Shown here: positions 19,851-31,533 of the stretch, in pieces
Numbering within the stretch: position 1 is the stretch's first letter
How the letters are laid out: each line of letters opens with the position of its first letter
Assembly (NCBI GenBank): GCA_963713045.1
Contig: CAVQKE010000004.1
Span: 320,001 to 384,000 of the forward strand
Reading direction: 5' to 3'
DNA length: 64,000 nt
From: an uncultured delta proteobacterium
GTDB taxonomy: Bacteria > Myxococcota > Myxococcia > Myxococcales > Myxococcaceae
Program-made: the position numbers and the translations under genes
Notes under the pieces: generated by a model
What the model saw: only the letters and a program-made list of their open reading frames with translations
The model's database searches: none
What the model was told of the DNA's origin: nothing

Positions 19851-20156
19851 TTGGTGGAGGTCTACTCGAAACCAGGGTGCTGTCTGTGCACGCAGGCCCT
19901 CGCTGCCATGGAAGCAGTCCGCCAGCGAGTGCCCTTCGAGTTGCTGGAGCGCGACATACGACAGGATGCCGAGCTCAACCACCGCTGGCGCTTTGACATC
20001 CCGGTGGTGTGCATCGGCGGGGAGGTGGCGCTGAAGGGCCGCGTCAGCGAGGAGGCCTTCGAGCGCTGTCTCCGACGGGCGCTGGAGAGTCCAGTCTCGT
20101 CTTCCCCAACTCCAGAACGCGCCGAAACTGGGCCGGGGTCACCGGGACGACACTGA
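19851..20156 (+). CDS. Glutaredoxin-like (DUF836-type) protein
   Basis: YSKPGCCLC, DI and DIPVV. Start uncertain (19824, 19851 or 19854). Confidence 0.75.
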   Translation: MVEVYSKPGCCLCTQALAAMEAVRQRVPFELLERDIRQDAELNHRWRFDIPVVCIGGEVALKGRVSEEAFERCLRRALESPVSSSPTPERAETGPGSPGRH

Positions 20157-20511
20157 GACGACCTCGGGTGAGCAGCTGAAAGTTGCGCAGCCGTCCGTCC
20201 TTGCGCATGCGCTCCAGAGGAACCGGTGCGGTGAAGGGCTGCAACGGCGCAAACTCTACGCTGGCCCAGTCTTCGTCCGGAGCGGTTGGGTCCGGCCCGG
20301 CGGTGCGCGTCACCCGGGCCACGCCCACCACCTGCTTCTCGTCGACCGAGTGGTAGTAGAGAACCAAATCCCCCAACTGCATCGCCCGCAGGTTGTTGCG
20401 CGCTTCGAAGTTGCGGACGCCCGTCCATTCCGTCCGGCCGTCCTGGACCAGCTGTGCCCAGCCGTACGCTGACGGCTCGCTCTTCACCAGCCAGTACCCG
20501 GGGACGGCCAT
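20044..20511 (-). CDS. EVE domain protein
   Basis: YWLVKSEP, WTGVRNFEARN, YYHS and GRLSVVPV. Confidence 0.92.
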   Translation of the reverse strand: MAVPGYWLVKSEPSAYGWAQLVQDGRTEWTGVRNFEARNNLRAMQLGDLVLYYHSVDEKQVVGVARVTRTAGPDPTAPDEDWASVEFAPLQPFTAPVPLERMRKDGRLRNFQLLTRGRLSVVPVTPAQFRRVLELGKTRLDSPAPVGDSARRPPR

Positions 20512-20530
20512 TGGCGTCACCTGGTGCAGT

Positions 20531-21169
20531 CTACCCCGCCAACAGCGGCAACAACTCGGCCGGGTGCTGGATGGTGGGAACTCCTGCCGCGGCCACCTCC
20601 CGGGCCCGGAAGCCCCACAGCACCCCCAAGGGGCGCATGCCGGCCGCGCGCGCGGTCGCGACGTCCACCAGGGTGTCGCCGACGAAAGTTACCTCGGCCG
20701 CCGGCACCTCCATTGCACGGGCCAGCTGGAGGGCCGCGGTGGGGTCGGGTTTGCGGGGGATGCCCGGACGCTCGCCGGCCACTGCGCGGAAGGGCCAGCG
20801 GCCGAGAAGGGCCTGCACCAGCTGGCGCGTCGGGCCGTCCGGCTTGTTGCTGAGCACGGCCATCGGCGTGCCTCGGGCGGTGAGGGCCTCGAGGAGCTGC
20901 GGAATTCCGGGGTAGGGCACGCTGCTTTCAAGAAGGTGCTCGGCGTAGTCCGCCTCATAGTCTTTCAGCAGGGCGCCTCGCTCCTGCTGCCGGTCGGGCG
21001 GAAGGGCGCGCTCGACCAGCTTTTGCACGCCCTCGCCGATGAAGCTGCGGTAGGCGTCCAGCGGGTGGGTGGGAAAGCCTCGGGCCGCGAGGCTGCGATT
21101 CATCGCCGCGGCGATGTCGCCGAGGCTGTCCACCAGCGTTCCGTCGAGGTCGAAGATGACGGCGCGCAT
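20531..21169 (-). CDS. HAD-IA hydrolase (phosphoglycolate phosphatase-like)
   Basis: FDLDGTLVDS, SNK, RKPDP and VGDTLVD. Confidence 0.9.
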   Translation of the reverse strand: MRAVIFDLDGTLVDSLGDIAAAMNRSLAARGFPTHPLDAYRSFIGEGVQKLVERALPPDRQQERGALLKDYEADYAEHLLESSVPYPGIPQLLEALTARGTPMAVLSNKPDGPTRQLVQALLGRWPFRAVAGERPGIPRKPDPTAALQLARAMEVPAAEVTFVGDTLVDVATARAAGMRPLGVLWGFRAREVAAAGVPTIQHPAELLPLLAG

Positions 21170-21170
21170 C

Positions 21171-22112
21171 TCACCGCTGGCCTTTGAGTTTCTGCACCAG
21201 CGCGCTCAGCGCGGCCCGCATCTGCGGGGGCTGCTCATCCGCGGGGGCCTCGGCGAGGAAACGGTCGAATGCGTCGGCCGCCCCGGAGTTGTCCCCGGAG
21301 CGCATCCGCATCATCCCCAAAAAGAGGAAGGCCTCGGAAGTATTGGGGTACAGCTCACTGAGGCGCTGCAGTTGATGCTCGGCCGCCTTCTCGTCGCCAC
21401 CGACCGCCACCAGGAAGGCCCGATGGACGCGCGCTTCACTCTGAAAGGGGTCGACGCCGAGCGAGCGCTCGGTCAGCTGTCGCGCCTCATCGTAATCCTG
21501 GCGTCGAAGCAACTCGTGCACCACGTGGGCGGACGTCTCGACATCCGTCGGGTTCTCCCGCACCCGGACCAACGCCGCTTCGAAAGCCGGGTCGTCGCCC
21601 TCGGCTGCTGGCTGCGCCGAATCCCGGCCCGCGGTCCCGGTCGCCTCGTCCATGCCGGTGCGAGGCTTGGCGTCGTGGGTGAGCCACAGGCCCAGGGCTC
21701 CGAAGAAGGCCACCAGAGCAGCCCCCCAGAAAGCGCCCACCAGTTGGGGGTGACGGCCGAAGAAGCCGGCCGGTGCGCTGGAGGTTGGCTCGGCGCGGCG
21801 AGGCTTGGGGGCGCTGGTGCGCGCTTCGTCCCGGGCCCGCAGGGCGTCCGCGGCCAGCTGCTCGAGCCGGCCGCGCTCCTCCTGGTAGGCCGCGGTGGCA
21901 AGCTGGTGACGGTCTGCCTCCAGCTCGCGCAGTTGGTCGAGCAGCCGGGATGCCCGCAGCTCGGCTTCCTCGGCCGCCTTGGAGGCTCCAGCACGGCGTC
22001 CTTCGGCGGCGTGGGCCCGCCCCCGACGACGGGAGAAAACCAGCACCGCGGCGGCGGCAAGCAGGCCGAGCCCGAGGACGAGCAGACCGGGAAGCCAGTC
22101 GGTGCGCATCAC
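21171..22112 (-). CDS. CcmI/CycH-like TPR membrane protein
   Basis: Two TM segments with an intervening coiled segment and C-terminal TPR-like repeats. Coupled to ccmH. Confidence 0.7.
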   Translation of the reverse strand: MMRTDWLPGLLVLGLGLLAAAAVLVFSRRRGRAHAAEGRRAGASKAAEEAELRASRLLDQLRELEADRHQLATAAYQEERGRLEQLAADALRARDEARTSAPKPRRAEPTSSAPAGFFGRHPQLVGAFWGAALVAFFGALGLWLTHDAKPRTGMDEATGTAGRDSAQPAAEGDDPAFEAALVRVRENPTDVETSAHVVHELLRRQDYDEARQLTERSLGVDPFQSEARVHRAFLVAVGGDEKAAEHQLQRLSELYPNTSEAFLFLGMMRMRSGDNSGAADAFDRFLAEAPADEQPPQMRAALSALVQKLKGQR

Positions 22113-22573
22113 TTCTCCAGCTCGGCGCGCACCGCGTCCAGGTAGGGGTCATGCCCGGAAGGCGCGGCCGAGCTGGGAGCCGTCTGCCGTGCGATGGGCC
22201 GTCTGCGCAACAGCCGCGCGATGACGGCGGCGCCGAACAGCACCAGCGCCACCGGGAGTAGCCACACCAGCCAGTTGGCGCCGTGGGCCGCTGGCTCGAG
22301 GAGTGCCCACTCGCCGTAGCGGGCGACGAAGTAGGTGCGAATTTCGTCGTCGGTTTTCCCTTCCACAACAAGTTCGCGGACACGGTCCATTTGGGCCCGC
22401 GCGGCGGAGGAGCCGGAGTCGGCGATGGAGAGGCCCTGGCACATCGGACAGCGGAGCAGCTTGCCGAGGGCCTGTACCCGGGCCTCTCGACTGGGGTCCA
22501 GCAGCGCGCTTCCCGCCTGCTGGGGGGCGTGCGGGGTGGCAGCGAGAAGCAAGGTCAGGACGAAGGCATTCAC
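22109..22573 (-). CDS. ccmH: Cytochrome c biogenesis protein CcmH
   Basis: LRCPMCQGLSIADS, RYGE and a C-terminal TM. Confidence 0.92.
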   Translation of the reverse strand: MNAFVLTLLLAATPHAPQQAGSALLDPSREARVQALGKLLRCPMCQGLSIADSGSSAARAQMDRVRELVVEGKTDDEIRTYFVARYGEWALLEPAAHGANWLVWLLPVALVLFGAAVIARLLRRRPIARQTAPSSAAPSGHDPYLDAVRAELEK

Positions 22574-23123
22574 CGGCTTGCTCCCGGCGAACCAACCGCT
22601 TGGCGGAGGGCCTGCAGACGCCCCATCAACTCGCGCATGTCCAGAAAGGGCCCCACGAATTTGTCGCGGATAATGCCTTGCGCGTCGATGAAGTACGTCT
22701 CCGGGACGCCAGTGACGCCGTAGTCCACCGCCATGCGGGACTTGGGGTCGATGAGTTGCGGGAAACTCGGGTCCACCGGGCTGGCGAACTTTCGGGCCTC
22801 CTCTGGAGTGTCCTCGAAGATGACGCCGTAGAAATTCACCTCACCCTGAAGCCGCTGAGCGGCGCGGGCCACGGTGGGGTGCTCCTGGGCACAGGGGCCG
22901 CACCAGCTGGCCCAGAAGTTGAGGACCAGCGGCCGACCGCGCAGCTGGGCGAGGGTCACCGTCTCGCCGTTGTCCAGCCGGGTGAGCGTGAAGTCCGGGG
23001 CCGGCTTGTCCTTCAGCCCGAAGGGGACGACGTGTGGGTCCCGTCCGAAGAGGGTGGCAAAGGAAAAGATGAGGACACTCACCGCGGCCGCGACCCCCAG
23101 CAGCACCCACAGCGGTCGGCGGC

Positions 23124-23127
<4 letters not shown>
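22570..23127 (-). CDS. ccmG: CcmG/DsbE thiol:disulfide oxidoreductase
   Basis: LNFWASWCGPC and YGVTGVPETYFID. GTG overlaps the ccmF stop. Confidence 0.88.
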
Positions 23128-25135
<2,008 letters not shown>

Positions 25136-25139
<4 letters not shown>

Positions 25140-25618
25140 TTCACCCTCGCGGCGGAAGTGGTGTCGGTGCTGAGGGTGTCCTTCCAGTGGTCCCCTTCGC
25201 CTGGCTTGGGAGGCCGGTATTCGTTGGAGTGGTTCACCATCAACCGGTTGGAGTTGAAGACTTGGCTTTTGTCGAACGTTCCTTCCACCACCACGCCAAT
25301 GCCCTCACGAAACATCTGCGGCGGCGTCTCCCGCACCTTCACCGGTACGCTGACCGCGGTGGGCGTTGCGTCGTTGGCCACCCGGAAGTTGAGTTCGGTG
25401 TGTCCGGTGTCCCAGGCCACGGTGCCTTTTTTCACAATCCCTCCGAGGCGGATGGTGGCGCCGTAGGCCCTGCTGCCGGCCGCCAGCATCTCCGCCGGGG
25501 TCCAGTAGTAGACGAGGTTACTGCCGAGGTTGCCGAGGACGCCGACGATGAAGGCCAGCGCTCCGCCAGCGACGAGGAGAGCTCCGAGAGCAAGCCAGGT
25601 GGTGCGCTTGAGCGCCAT
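25136..25618 (-). CDS. ccmE: Heme chaperone CcmE
   Basis: YYWTP, IRLGG, FREGIGVVVEG and HSNEY (HxxxY). Confidence 0.92.
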
Positions 25619-25625
25619 GTTGGGG

Positions 25626-25772
25626 TTAGGGCTCCTTCCTCGGCCAGCGAAGCCAGAGGCTCAAGGCGTAGAGGGAAAGCGCGCACCAGGTGATGCCGTA
25701 AGCCGTCCAGACGTAGCTCCAGCCGCCTTGGATGTGCCCCATGGCCGCTACCACCGCGGGCAGTGGACTCAC
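25626..25772 (-). CDS. ccmD: Heme exporter protein CcmD
   Basis: Small single-TM ORF with GGWSYVWTAYG between ccmC and ccmE. GTGA overlap with the ccmC stop; alternative ATG at 25742. Confidence 0.75.
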   Translation of the reverse strand: MSPLPAVVAAMGHIQGGWSYVWTAYGITWCALSLYALSLWLRWPRKEP

Positions 25773-26527
25773 GTCGCCACCTCGGCCACGTCCGCCACCA
25801 GCGGCGGCGGGGCCACTTCGCGCTCGGTGCGCGCCCGGGCGATGAGGTAGCGGGTTGAAAGGAAGACCAGCCACAGCGCGAGGAAGGCGAAGGCGTTCCA
25901 ACGCAGGGCCCGTGCCATGTCCGGGTCGACGGTGCTGGGTGAGGACTGCATCTGGTGGAGGCTTCGCCACCAGCGGACGCTGAACCAGATGATGGGGATG
26001 TCCACGGCGATGATGATGCCCACCACCGCCGACCACACCGCCCGCCGCTCAGCGTCGTCGATGAAGCGCCGCAGCGCGAGGTAGCCGGCGTAAGCCACCA
26101 ACAGAATCGCCTCGCTGGTGAGTCGTGGGTCCCAGCTCCAGTACACCCCCCAGGTGGGCTTGCCCCAGATGCTCCCCAGGACCAGGCCCAGGGCTCCGAA
26201 GAAGAGCCCCACCTCAGCCGAGGCCTCGGCCAGCGCGTCCGTCGACCAGCGGGGACGAAACAGGTAGGCCACTGAGCAAAAGAAGTTGAGCGTCACCGCC
26301 ATCAGCGCCATCCACTGCGCCGGGACATGGACGTACATGATGCGCTGGACGTCCCCCATCTCCCGGTCCGGCGGGGCTCGGAAGAGGCCGTACCAGGCCC
26401 CCGAGACCAACAGCCCAACACCGAGGGCGGCCACCGCCCAGCGGAGGCTGGCCGGCCCGCGCACCAGCGCGTAGAGGCTGCCGGACACCACCAAGATGCC
26501 AACCAGGGTGAGCAGTGCGTGGAACAT
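25769..26527 (-). CDS. ccmC: Heme exporter protein CcmC
   Basis: IMYVHVP, WGKPTWGVYWSWDPRLTS and SLHQ. Confidence 0.93.
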   Translation of the reverse strand: MFHALLTLVGILVVSGSLYALVRGPASLRWAVAALGVGLLVSGAWYGLFRAPPDREMGDVQRIMYVHVPAQWMALMAVTLNFFCSVAYLFRPRWSTDALAEASAEVGLFFGALGLVLGSIWGKPTWGVYWSWDPRLTSEAILLVAYAGYLALRRFIDDAERRAVWSAVVGIIIAVDIPIIWFSVRWWRSLHQMQSSPSTVDPDMARALRWNAFAFLALWLVFLSTRYLIARARTEREVAPPPLVADVAEVAT

Positions 26528-26545
26528 GGGTGCCCTGAAGAGCCG

Positions 26546-27241
26546 TTAATCCTCGACGACGCGGGGGAACAGAACGAAGCCCAGACTCCAATAAACCACA
26601 TCGAAGGCGGCTAAAAGCCCAAGCCAGGACCCGAACTGAAGCATTGGGTCGCCCTCGAAGACCAGGGCGGTGGCTTTGGCCGCCGCCACCAGGGCGGGGA
26701 TGAGGAGCGGGAAGAGGAGCAAGGGGAGAAGGACGTCGCGGGCCCGCGCCTGGCTGGCGATGGCCGCATAGAGGGTCCCTGGCCCGGCGATGGCCAAAGC
26801 GCCCAGGACGAGGACGGCGGCAATGTCGGCCGGGCCCTCCACCAGCGTCACCCCCGCGAGCGCCGCCAGCACCGGCAAAATGACTGCCCCCAACAGCAGG
26901 AGCAGCACCGCGTTGGCCAGAGACTTGGCCAGAAACAGCGCCCGTGCGTCCGCTGGCGCCAACCGCAGTCCGTCCAGCGCCGCGTTCTCCTGTTCCACCC
27001 GGAAGCTTTCCCCCAGGGCGAGCACCGAGGCCAACAGGATGGACAGCCACAGCGTCCCTCCGGCTGCGCGCCGAAGAATGGTGGTGTCCGGTCCAAGCGC
27101 AAAGGAGAAGAGGAGAAGCGTCGCCAGGGCGAAGAAAACCAGCGCGTTGGCGCGCGCGCGGGTGCGCCACTCGAGCAAGAGGTCCTTACGCACCAGCACC
27201 CAGGTGGCACCAAGGAGGCTGGGAGCGCGGGCCTCGCTCAT
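26546..27241 (-). CDS. ccmB: Heme exporter protein CcmB
   Basis: KDLLLEWR and LLPLLLFPLLIP, multi-TM, operon position. Confidence 0.92.
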   Translation of the reverse strand: MSEARAPSLLGATWVLVRKDLLLEWRTRARANALVFFALATLLLFSFALGPDTTILRRAAGGTLWLSILLASVLALGESFRVEQENAALDGLRLAPADARALFLAKSLANAVLLLLLGAVILPVLAALAGVTLVEGPADIAAVLVLGALAIAGPGTLYAAIASQARARDVLLPLLLFPLLIPALVAAAKATALVFEGDPMLQFGSWLGLLAAFDVVYWSLGFVLFPRVVED

Positions 27242-27882
27242 ACTGCGCTGGCCCGTCCCCCGGCCAGGTGCAGATGCTGAGTGCAGAGGCTTCGTCCGTG
27301 CTCGACTTGGTGGGTGGCCAGCACCACGGTGGTGCCTGAGCGCGACAAGCTGCGGATGTGCTCTTCCATCTCGGCCAAACCGGAGGGGTCGAGCTCGCCA
27401 AACGGCTCGTCGAGCAGCGCCAACTTCGGCTGTTTAAGAAGCAACCGAGCGATGGCGAGACGCTTCTTCATCCCGGCCGAGAAGGTCCGCACCGTCTGGT
27501 CAGCACGCCCCCGAAGTCCAGCCCGCTCCAGCAGTCCGTCGATGTCGACCAGCGGCCGGCCAAGCAGCCGTGCCAAAAGGACACAATTCTCTCGGGCGGT
27601 GAGGTCCTCGTAGAGGAAGCTGGTGTGTCCCAGGAGCGCAATGCGCGGGCGGAGGGTGGAGCGGGCGGCGACGGCGTTTTCGCCGAAGACCAGCACCTCA
27701 CCGGTGGTGGGGCGAAGCAGCGTGGCCAACAGACGCAACAGCGTCGTCTTCCCGGAGCCGTTGTGGCCGGTGAGCAAGAGGCTCGCTCCGACAGGCAGCA
27801 CGAAACTCAACCGCGCGAGGGCCCACCTCTGGCCGTAGCGCTTACTGACGTCGTTGCATTCCAGAGCGTTGGACACGTCCAC
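27238..27882 (-). CDS. ccmA: Heme exporter ATP-binding protein CcmA
   Basis: GHNGSGKTT, FSAGMKKR and LLDEPF. Start is GTG at 27876 or 27882. Confidence 0.88.
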   Translation of the reverse strand: MDVSNALECNDVSKRYGQRWALARLSFVLPVGASLLLTGHNGSGKTTLLRLLATLLRPTTGEVLVFGENAVAARSTLRPRIALLGHTSFLYEDLTARENCVLLARLLGRPLVDIDGLLERAGLRGRADQTVRTFSAGMKKRLAIARLLLKQPKLALLDEPFGELDPSGLAEMEEHIRSLSRSGTTVVLATHQVEHGRSLCTQHLHLAGGRASAV

Positions 27883-27944
27883 AGGGGCGAGGGCGCGGGC
27901 GACCGGCAGCCCTTCCTGTCGTGTTTCAGTGTCCCGCGCAAGAT

Positions 27945-28622
27945 TCAAAGGGGCGCCTGCGTGCCCAGGGCCGTCAGCTGCCCTGGGGGCAGTGGTTCTT
28001 GGGGCGCTTGGGGGCCAGCCAGGACAGACAGCAGGGCGGCGGCAGCGGCAGCTGGGTTTTCGGCCCTCAGCACCGCGCTCTGGACGGCGACGCCTTCCAC
28101 CGCCCCCAGCCCGGCCAGTCGCTCGAGGCGGATGCCGCCCAATGCCAGCGCGGGGCACCCTGCCAGGGCGCGAAGTCGTGCATAGCCCTCGGCCCCGAGG
28201 GTGGGCCGAGAGTCGGTGGGCTTGGAGGTTGGCGGGAAGACGGGGCTCACCAGCACCAAATCCGCCCCGTCGGCGCGGGCCAACTCCATCGGATTGTGGA
28301 CGGCAGCACTCACCCAGCGGCCCTCCGGCAGGTGGCGGCGGACGTCGGCCGGGGTGGGGCCATCCACCGGCAGATGCAGGTGGGCGCCCACCAGCAGCGC
28401 GACGTCCAGGCGTCCGTTGACGAAGAAGGGGTTGGCCCAACGCCGGCAAAGCGCGGCGAGCAGGCGTGCCTCGGCCAGAAAGGCCCGCGTGCCAGCCTCC
28501 GGGTGGCGGTGCTGAATGCCCACCCGCGGACCGAGGGCACAAACCGCTTCAAGCGTCGAGAGGAGCCGTTGCTGGCCCAAGGAGAAGTCGGTGACCAGCA
28601 GGAGGCGCAGCGCCCGAGCCCC
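27945..28622 (-). CDS. thiE: Thiamine-phosphate synthase (ThiE/TenI family); no canonical start codon at the expected position
   Basis: LVTD, QHR, VNGRLDVAL, HLP, SAAVH, SPVFPPTSKP and ALGGI. Follows thiG. Confidence 0.75.
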   Translation of the reverse strand, partial: GARALRLLLVTDFSLGQQRLLSTLEAVCALGPRVGIQHRHPEAGTRAFLAEARLLAALCRRWANPFFVNGRLDVALLVGAHLHLPVDGPTPADVRRHLPEGRWVSAAVHNPMELARADGADLVLVSPVFPPTSKPTDSRPTLGAEGYARLRALAGCPALALGGIRLERLAGLGAVEGVAVQSAVLRAENPAAAAAALLSVLAGPQAPQEPLPPGQLTALGTQAPL

Positions 28623-28624
28623 CC

Positions 28625-29398
28625 TTAGCCCAGCAGCCCGTCGAGGGGACTGGACGCGGAGCCGTACGCTTTCCGCGGAATTCGGCCCGCGAGAAACGCC
28701 TCGCGGCCGGCCTCGATGCCCAGCTTCATGGCCCGGGCCATCCGGACCGGGTCCCGAGCTTCGGCCACGGCAGTGTTGAGGAGCACGCCGTCGCACCCCA
28801 GCTCCATCGCCACCGCGACGTCCGATGCCGTTCCGACGCCGGCGTCGACAATGACTGGCACCTTCACCGCCTCGCGGAGGAGTCGAAGGTGGTGCGGATT
28901 GCGAATGCCGAGGCCTGAACCTATTGGCGCGGCCAAGGGCATGACGGCCGCGCAGCCAGCGTCCTCGAGCTTGCGTGCGATGATGAGGTCATCGGTGGTG
29001 TAGGGAAGGACGACGAAGCCTTCCTTCACCAGCGTCCGGGCCGCCGAGAGTGTCTGCTCGACGTCCGGGAAAAGCGTCTTCTCGTCTCCCAGCACCTCGA
29101 GCTTCACCCAGTGACTCATTCCCAGCTCTCGAGCGAGGCGACAGGTGCGGACCGCCTCCTCGGCGCTGTAGCAGAGGGCGGTATTGGGAAGCAGCGTGAC
29201 GCGGGAGGTGTCTATCCAGCTGAGGAGGGACGCAGCGCCTTCCGCCTTGAGGTCCAAGCGGCGCACGGCGACGGTGACCAGCTGTGCGCCCGAGGCCTCG
29301 TGGCAACGCTGCATCACTTCAAAGCTGGGGTATTTCCCAGTGCCGATGAGCAGCCGCGAGGTGAAGCGCTTGCCAGCGATGACCAAAGCGTCGTCCAT
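28625..29398 (-). CDS. thiG: Thiazole synthase
   Basis: [33 protein letters not shown] and LLNTAVA. Confidence 0.97.
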   Translation of the reverse strand: MDDALVIAGKRFTSRLLIGTGKYPSFEVMQRCHEASGAQLVTVAVRRLDLKAEGAASLLSWIDTSRVTLLPNTALCYSAEEAVRTCRLARELGMSHWVKLEVLGDEKTLFPDVEQTLSAARTLVKEGFVVLPYTTDDLIIARKLEDAGCAAVMPLAAPIGSGLGIRNPHHLRLLREAVKVPVIVDAGVGTASDVAVAMELGCDGVLLNTAVAEARDPVRMARAMKLGIEAGREAFLAGRIPRKAYGSASSPLDGLLG

Positions 29399-29407
29399 GG
29401 CACGCTT

Positions 29408-29629
29408 TTACGCCCCGCCGCCTACGAAGGTCACCACCTCCAGCACATCGCCCTCGGCCAGTTGCACTTCGGCGTGCTCCGCCTGACGCAGCACGGTGCC
29501 ATTGCGCTCCACCGCCACCCGGCCTCGAATGCCCAGTGCGTGGAGCAGCTCGACGACGGTGGCGCCAGCGTTGACTTCTTGCCGCGCCCCGTTGACGGTC
29601 AGCCGCAGCTTCTGGCTACTGGGCTTCAT
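29408..29629 (-). CDS. thiS: Sulfur carrier ThiS, ending GGG-Ala
   Basis: VNG, VAVERNG and [14 protein letters not shown]. Directly upstream of thiG. Confidence 0.93.
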   Translation of the reverse strand: MKPSSQKLRLTVNGARQEVNAGATVVELLHALGIRGRVAVERNGTVLRQAEHAEVQLAEGDVLEVVTFVGGGA

Positions 29630-30495
29630 CGGCCGAGGATGTCCGGGTCCTGAAGGTAGGTGTCGGTGAGGCGCCGTGGCCGGCGAAAGCGCGCCGCCAA
29701 CCGGTGCAGCTGGGCACGCGCCAACAGCCAGGCCCTGCGCCAGGCACTCAATTCAGAGAGGCGCCCCTGAAGCAGTCCCATTCGCTGCAGGCGCAATTCG
29801 GTCACGTCCACCACGTGCCGCAAAAAGGCCTCCGCCTGCGAGAGCACCTCATGCCGTTGCCCCAGCTGCCGTTGCACGTGGCGCGCAAGGCGTGGAAGGG
29901 CGAGCAGGGAGAGGAGGTTCATCCCGAGCAGCACGCTTGCCAGGCGGGAGTCCGCTTGGACCAGGGCCAGCGTCTGCTGCTCTCCAAAAGCCACATGGCG
30001 CTCCTCTTGGCGGGCCGCGCCTTCCAACAGGCGGACAACGGCAGGCTCGTCGACGGTGTCGATGAGGGCCTGGAAGACGGCCAGCACCATCCCTTCGCCG
30101 ACTGCCATCTCGGTGCTGACGTGCTCGGCGAAGTCTCTGCCCATGCCTCCGGTGGACAGCCACCGCACCACCGGATGGGCCGGCCCGGGCTGCGTCCCGA
30201 GCAAGGTGTGCAGCCGGAGGAAGACGCGCACGTGGGCCAGCTCTTCGGTTGCTTGTCGGGCAAAGAAGTTGGCCGCCTCGAGGCTGGGCGCGCCGTAGAG
30301 CCAGTGGCCGCACTGGATGCCGGTGACTTCGCCGTACAGAAACTGGTCTGCCACCCAACCCAACAGCGAGGCATCCCGGGGAAGGCGGAATTTGGCGCCG
30401 TGGAAGTCAAAGCGGAGTGCCTCTCGAGGAACCAGCATGGTGCTGGCTTGGCGTCGGTCGGCTTCTAGCGCGAGGACTCTTGACTCGGGCTTCAT
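29626..30495 (-). CDS. Ferritin-like (diiron-carboxylate) domain protein
   Basis: E (YGEV), ExxH (EELAH), E (VGEG), ExxH (EERH). Stop overlaps the thiS ATG. Confidence 0.75.
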   Translation of the reverse strand: MKPESRVLALEADRRQASTMLVPREALRFDFHGAKFRLPRDASLLGWVADQFLYGEVTGIQCGHWLYGAPSLEAANFFARQATEELAHVRVFLRLHTLLGTQPGPAHPVVRWLSTGGMGRDFAEHVSTEMAVGEGMVLAVFQALIDTVDEPAVVRLLEGAARQEERHVAFGEQQTLALVQADSRLASVLLGMNLLSLLALPRLARHVQRQLGQRHEVLSQAEAFLRHVVDVTELRLQRMGLLQGRLSELSAWRRAWLLARAQLHRLAARFRRPRRLTDTYLQDPDILGR

Positions 30496-30531
30496 GGCGG
30501 CCCTTCAGTCTAACCTCTGTCCCACCAGCCT

Positions 30532-31533
30532 GTGGACTTCGTCTCCCTGCACCGCACGGCGTACGTCGCAGATGCGCACGCCGACAGCTTGCTTTGGAAC
30601 CGCGACCTCCGGGTGCGACAGCGCAACGGTCACGTGGACTTTGTTCGCCTGCGCGAGGCTGGAGTTCGCCTGCAAGCCTTTACCGTCGTCACCCGGGGCT
30701 TCCCGGTGGTGGGTGGCTTCTGGCCGTTCGCCGTCTGGCAGGGCTGGCCGGCCGCCGCACGCAGAAGCCCCTGGGCCCGGGCGCAATTTCAAATTGCCCG
30801 CTTGCATGCCTTCTGCGACGACCCGGCGGCGCGCGCCCGGGTGGTGACATCTCGCAGCGAGTTGGAGGCCGCTGAAGGCGAGGGTCAATTGGCCTGCGTC
30901 CTCGGCATTGAAGGCGGCCATGCCCTGGAGGGAAGCGTCGACCGGGTGGCGGAGTTGGCCCGTTTGGGGGTGCGCTTCCTCGGCCTCACCCATTTGTCGG
31001 CCAACACCCTGGGGGGAGCAGCGACGCCGGGGATGCGAGGCGGTGGCCTATCGCCCTTGGGCGCCCAGGTGGTGGAGGCGATGGGCGCAGCCGGACTGGC
31101 CCTCGACGTGGCGCACGCCTCGCCGAGGCTTCTGCAGGCGCTCCTCGCACAGCAGAAGGCGCAGGTCTTCTGTTCTCACACCGGCGTCCAGGGCGCGTCC
31201 GCAAGCTGGCGCAACCTCTCCGACTCCGCGTTGAGGGCCATCGCCGACCGGGGCGGGGTGGTGGGCATCCTCTTCGGCACCAACTACCTCGGTGGCCGCG
31301 AACTCAGCGACGTGGCCCGTCACCTGGAGCATGCCGTCCAAGTGGCCGGCGAGGAGGCGGTGTGCCTGGGGAGCGATTACGACGGCTTCGTCCCGCTGCC
31401 GCGCGGCATGCGCGACGTGAGTGACTTGCCCCGGCTGACGGAGGTGCTGCTGGCTCGCGGACACCCCTGGCCGTTGGTGGAAAAGCTTCTCGGCCTCAAC
31501 CTGCGTCGCTTCTTTGCCCGGGTGCTGGGGTGA
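30532..31533 (+). CDS. Membrane dipeptidase family (M19)
   Basis: DAHADS, IEGGH, LTH, DVAH, SHTG and GSDYDG. Confidence 0.9.
   Translation: MDFVSLHRTAYVADAHADSLLWNRDLRVRQRNGHVDFVRLREAGVRLQAFTVVTRGFPVVGGFWPFAVWQGWPAAARRSPWARAQFQIARLHAFCDDPAARARVVTSRSELEAAEGEGQLACVLGIEGGHALEGSVDRVAELARLGVRFLGLTHLSANTLGGAATPGMRGGGLSPLGAQVVEAMGAAGLALDVAHASPRLLQALLAQQKAQVFCSHTGVQGASASWRNLSDSALRAIADRGGVVGILFGTNYLGGRELSDVARHLEHAVQVAGEEAVCLGSDYDGFVPLPRGMRDVSDLPRLTEVLLARGHPWPLVEKLLGLNLRRFFARVLG

Noticed and set aside
20044..20511. EVE protein as part of a modification-dependent restriction system
   Set aside because: Stand-alone domain with no adjacent nuclease or ATPase gene.
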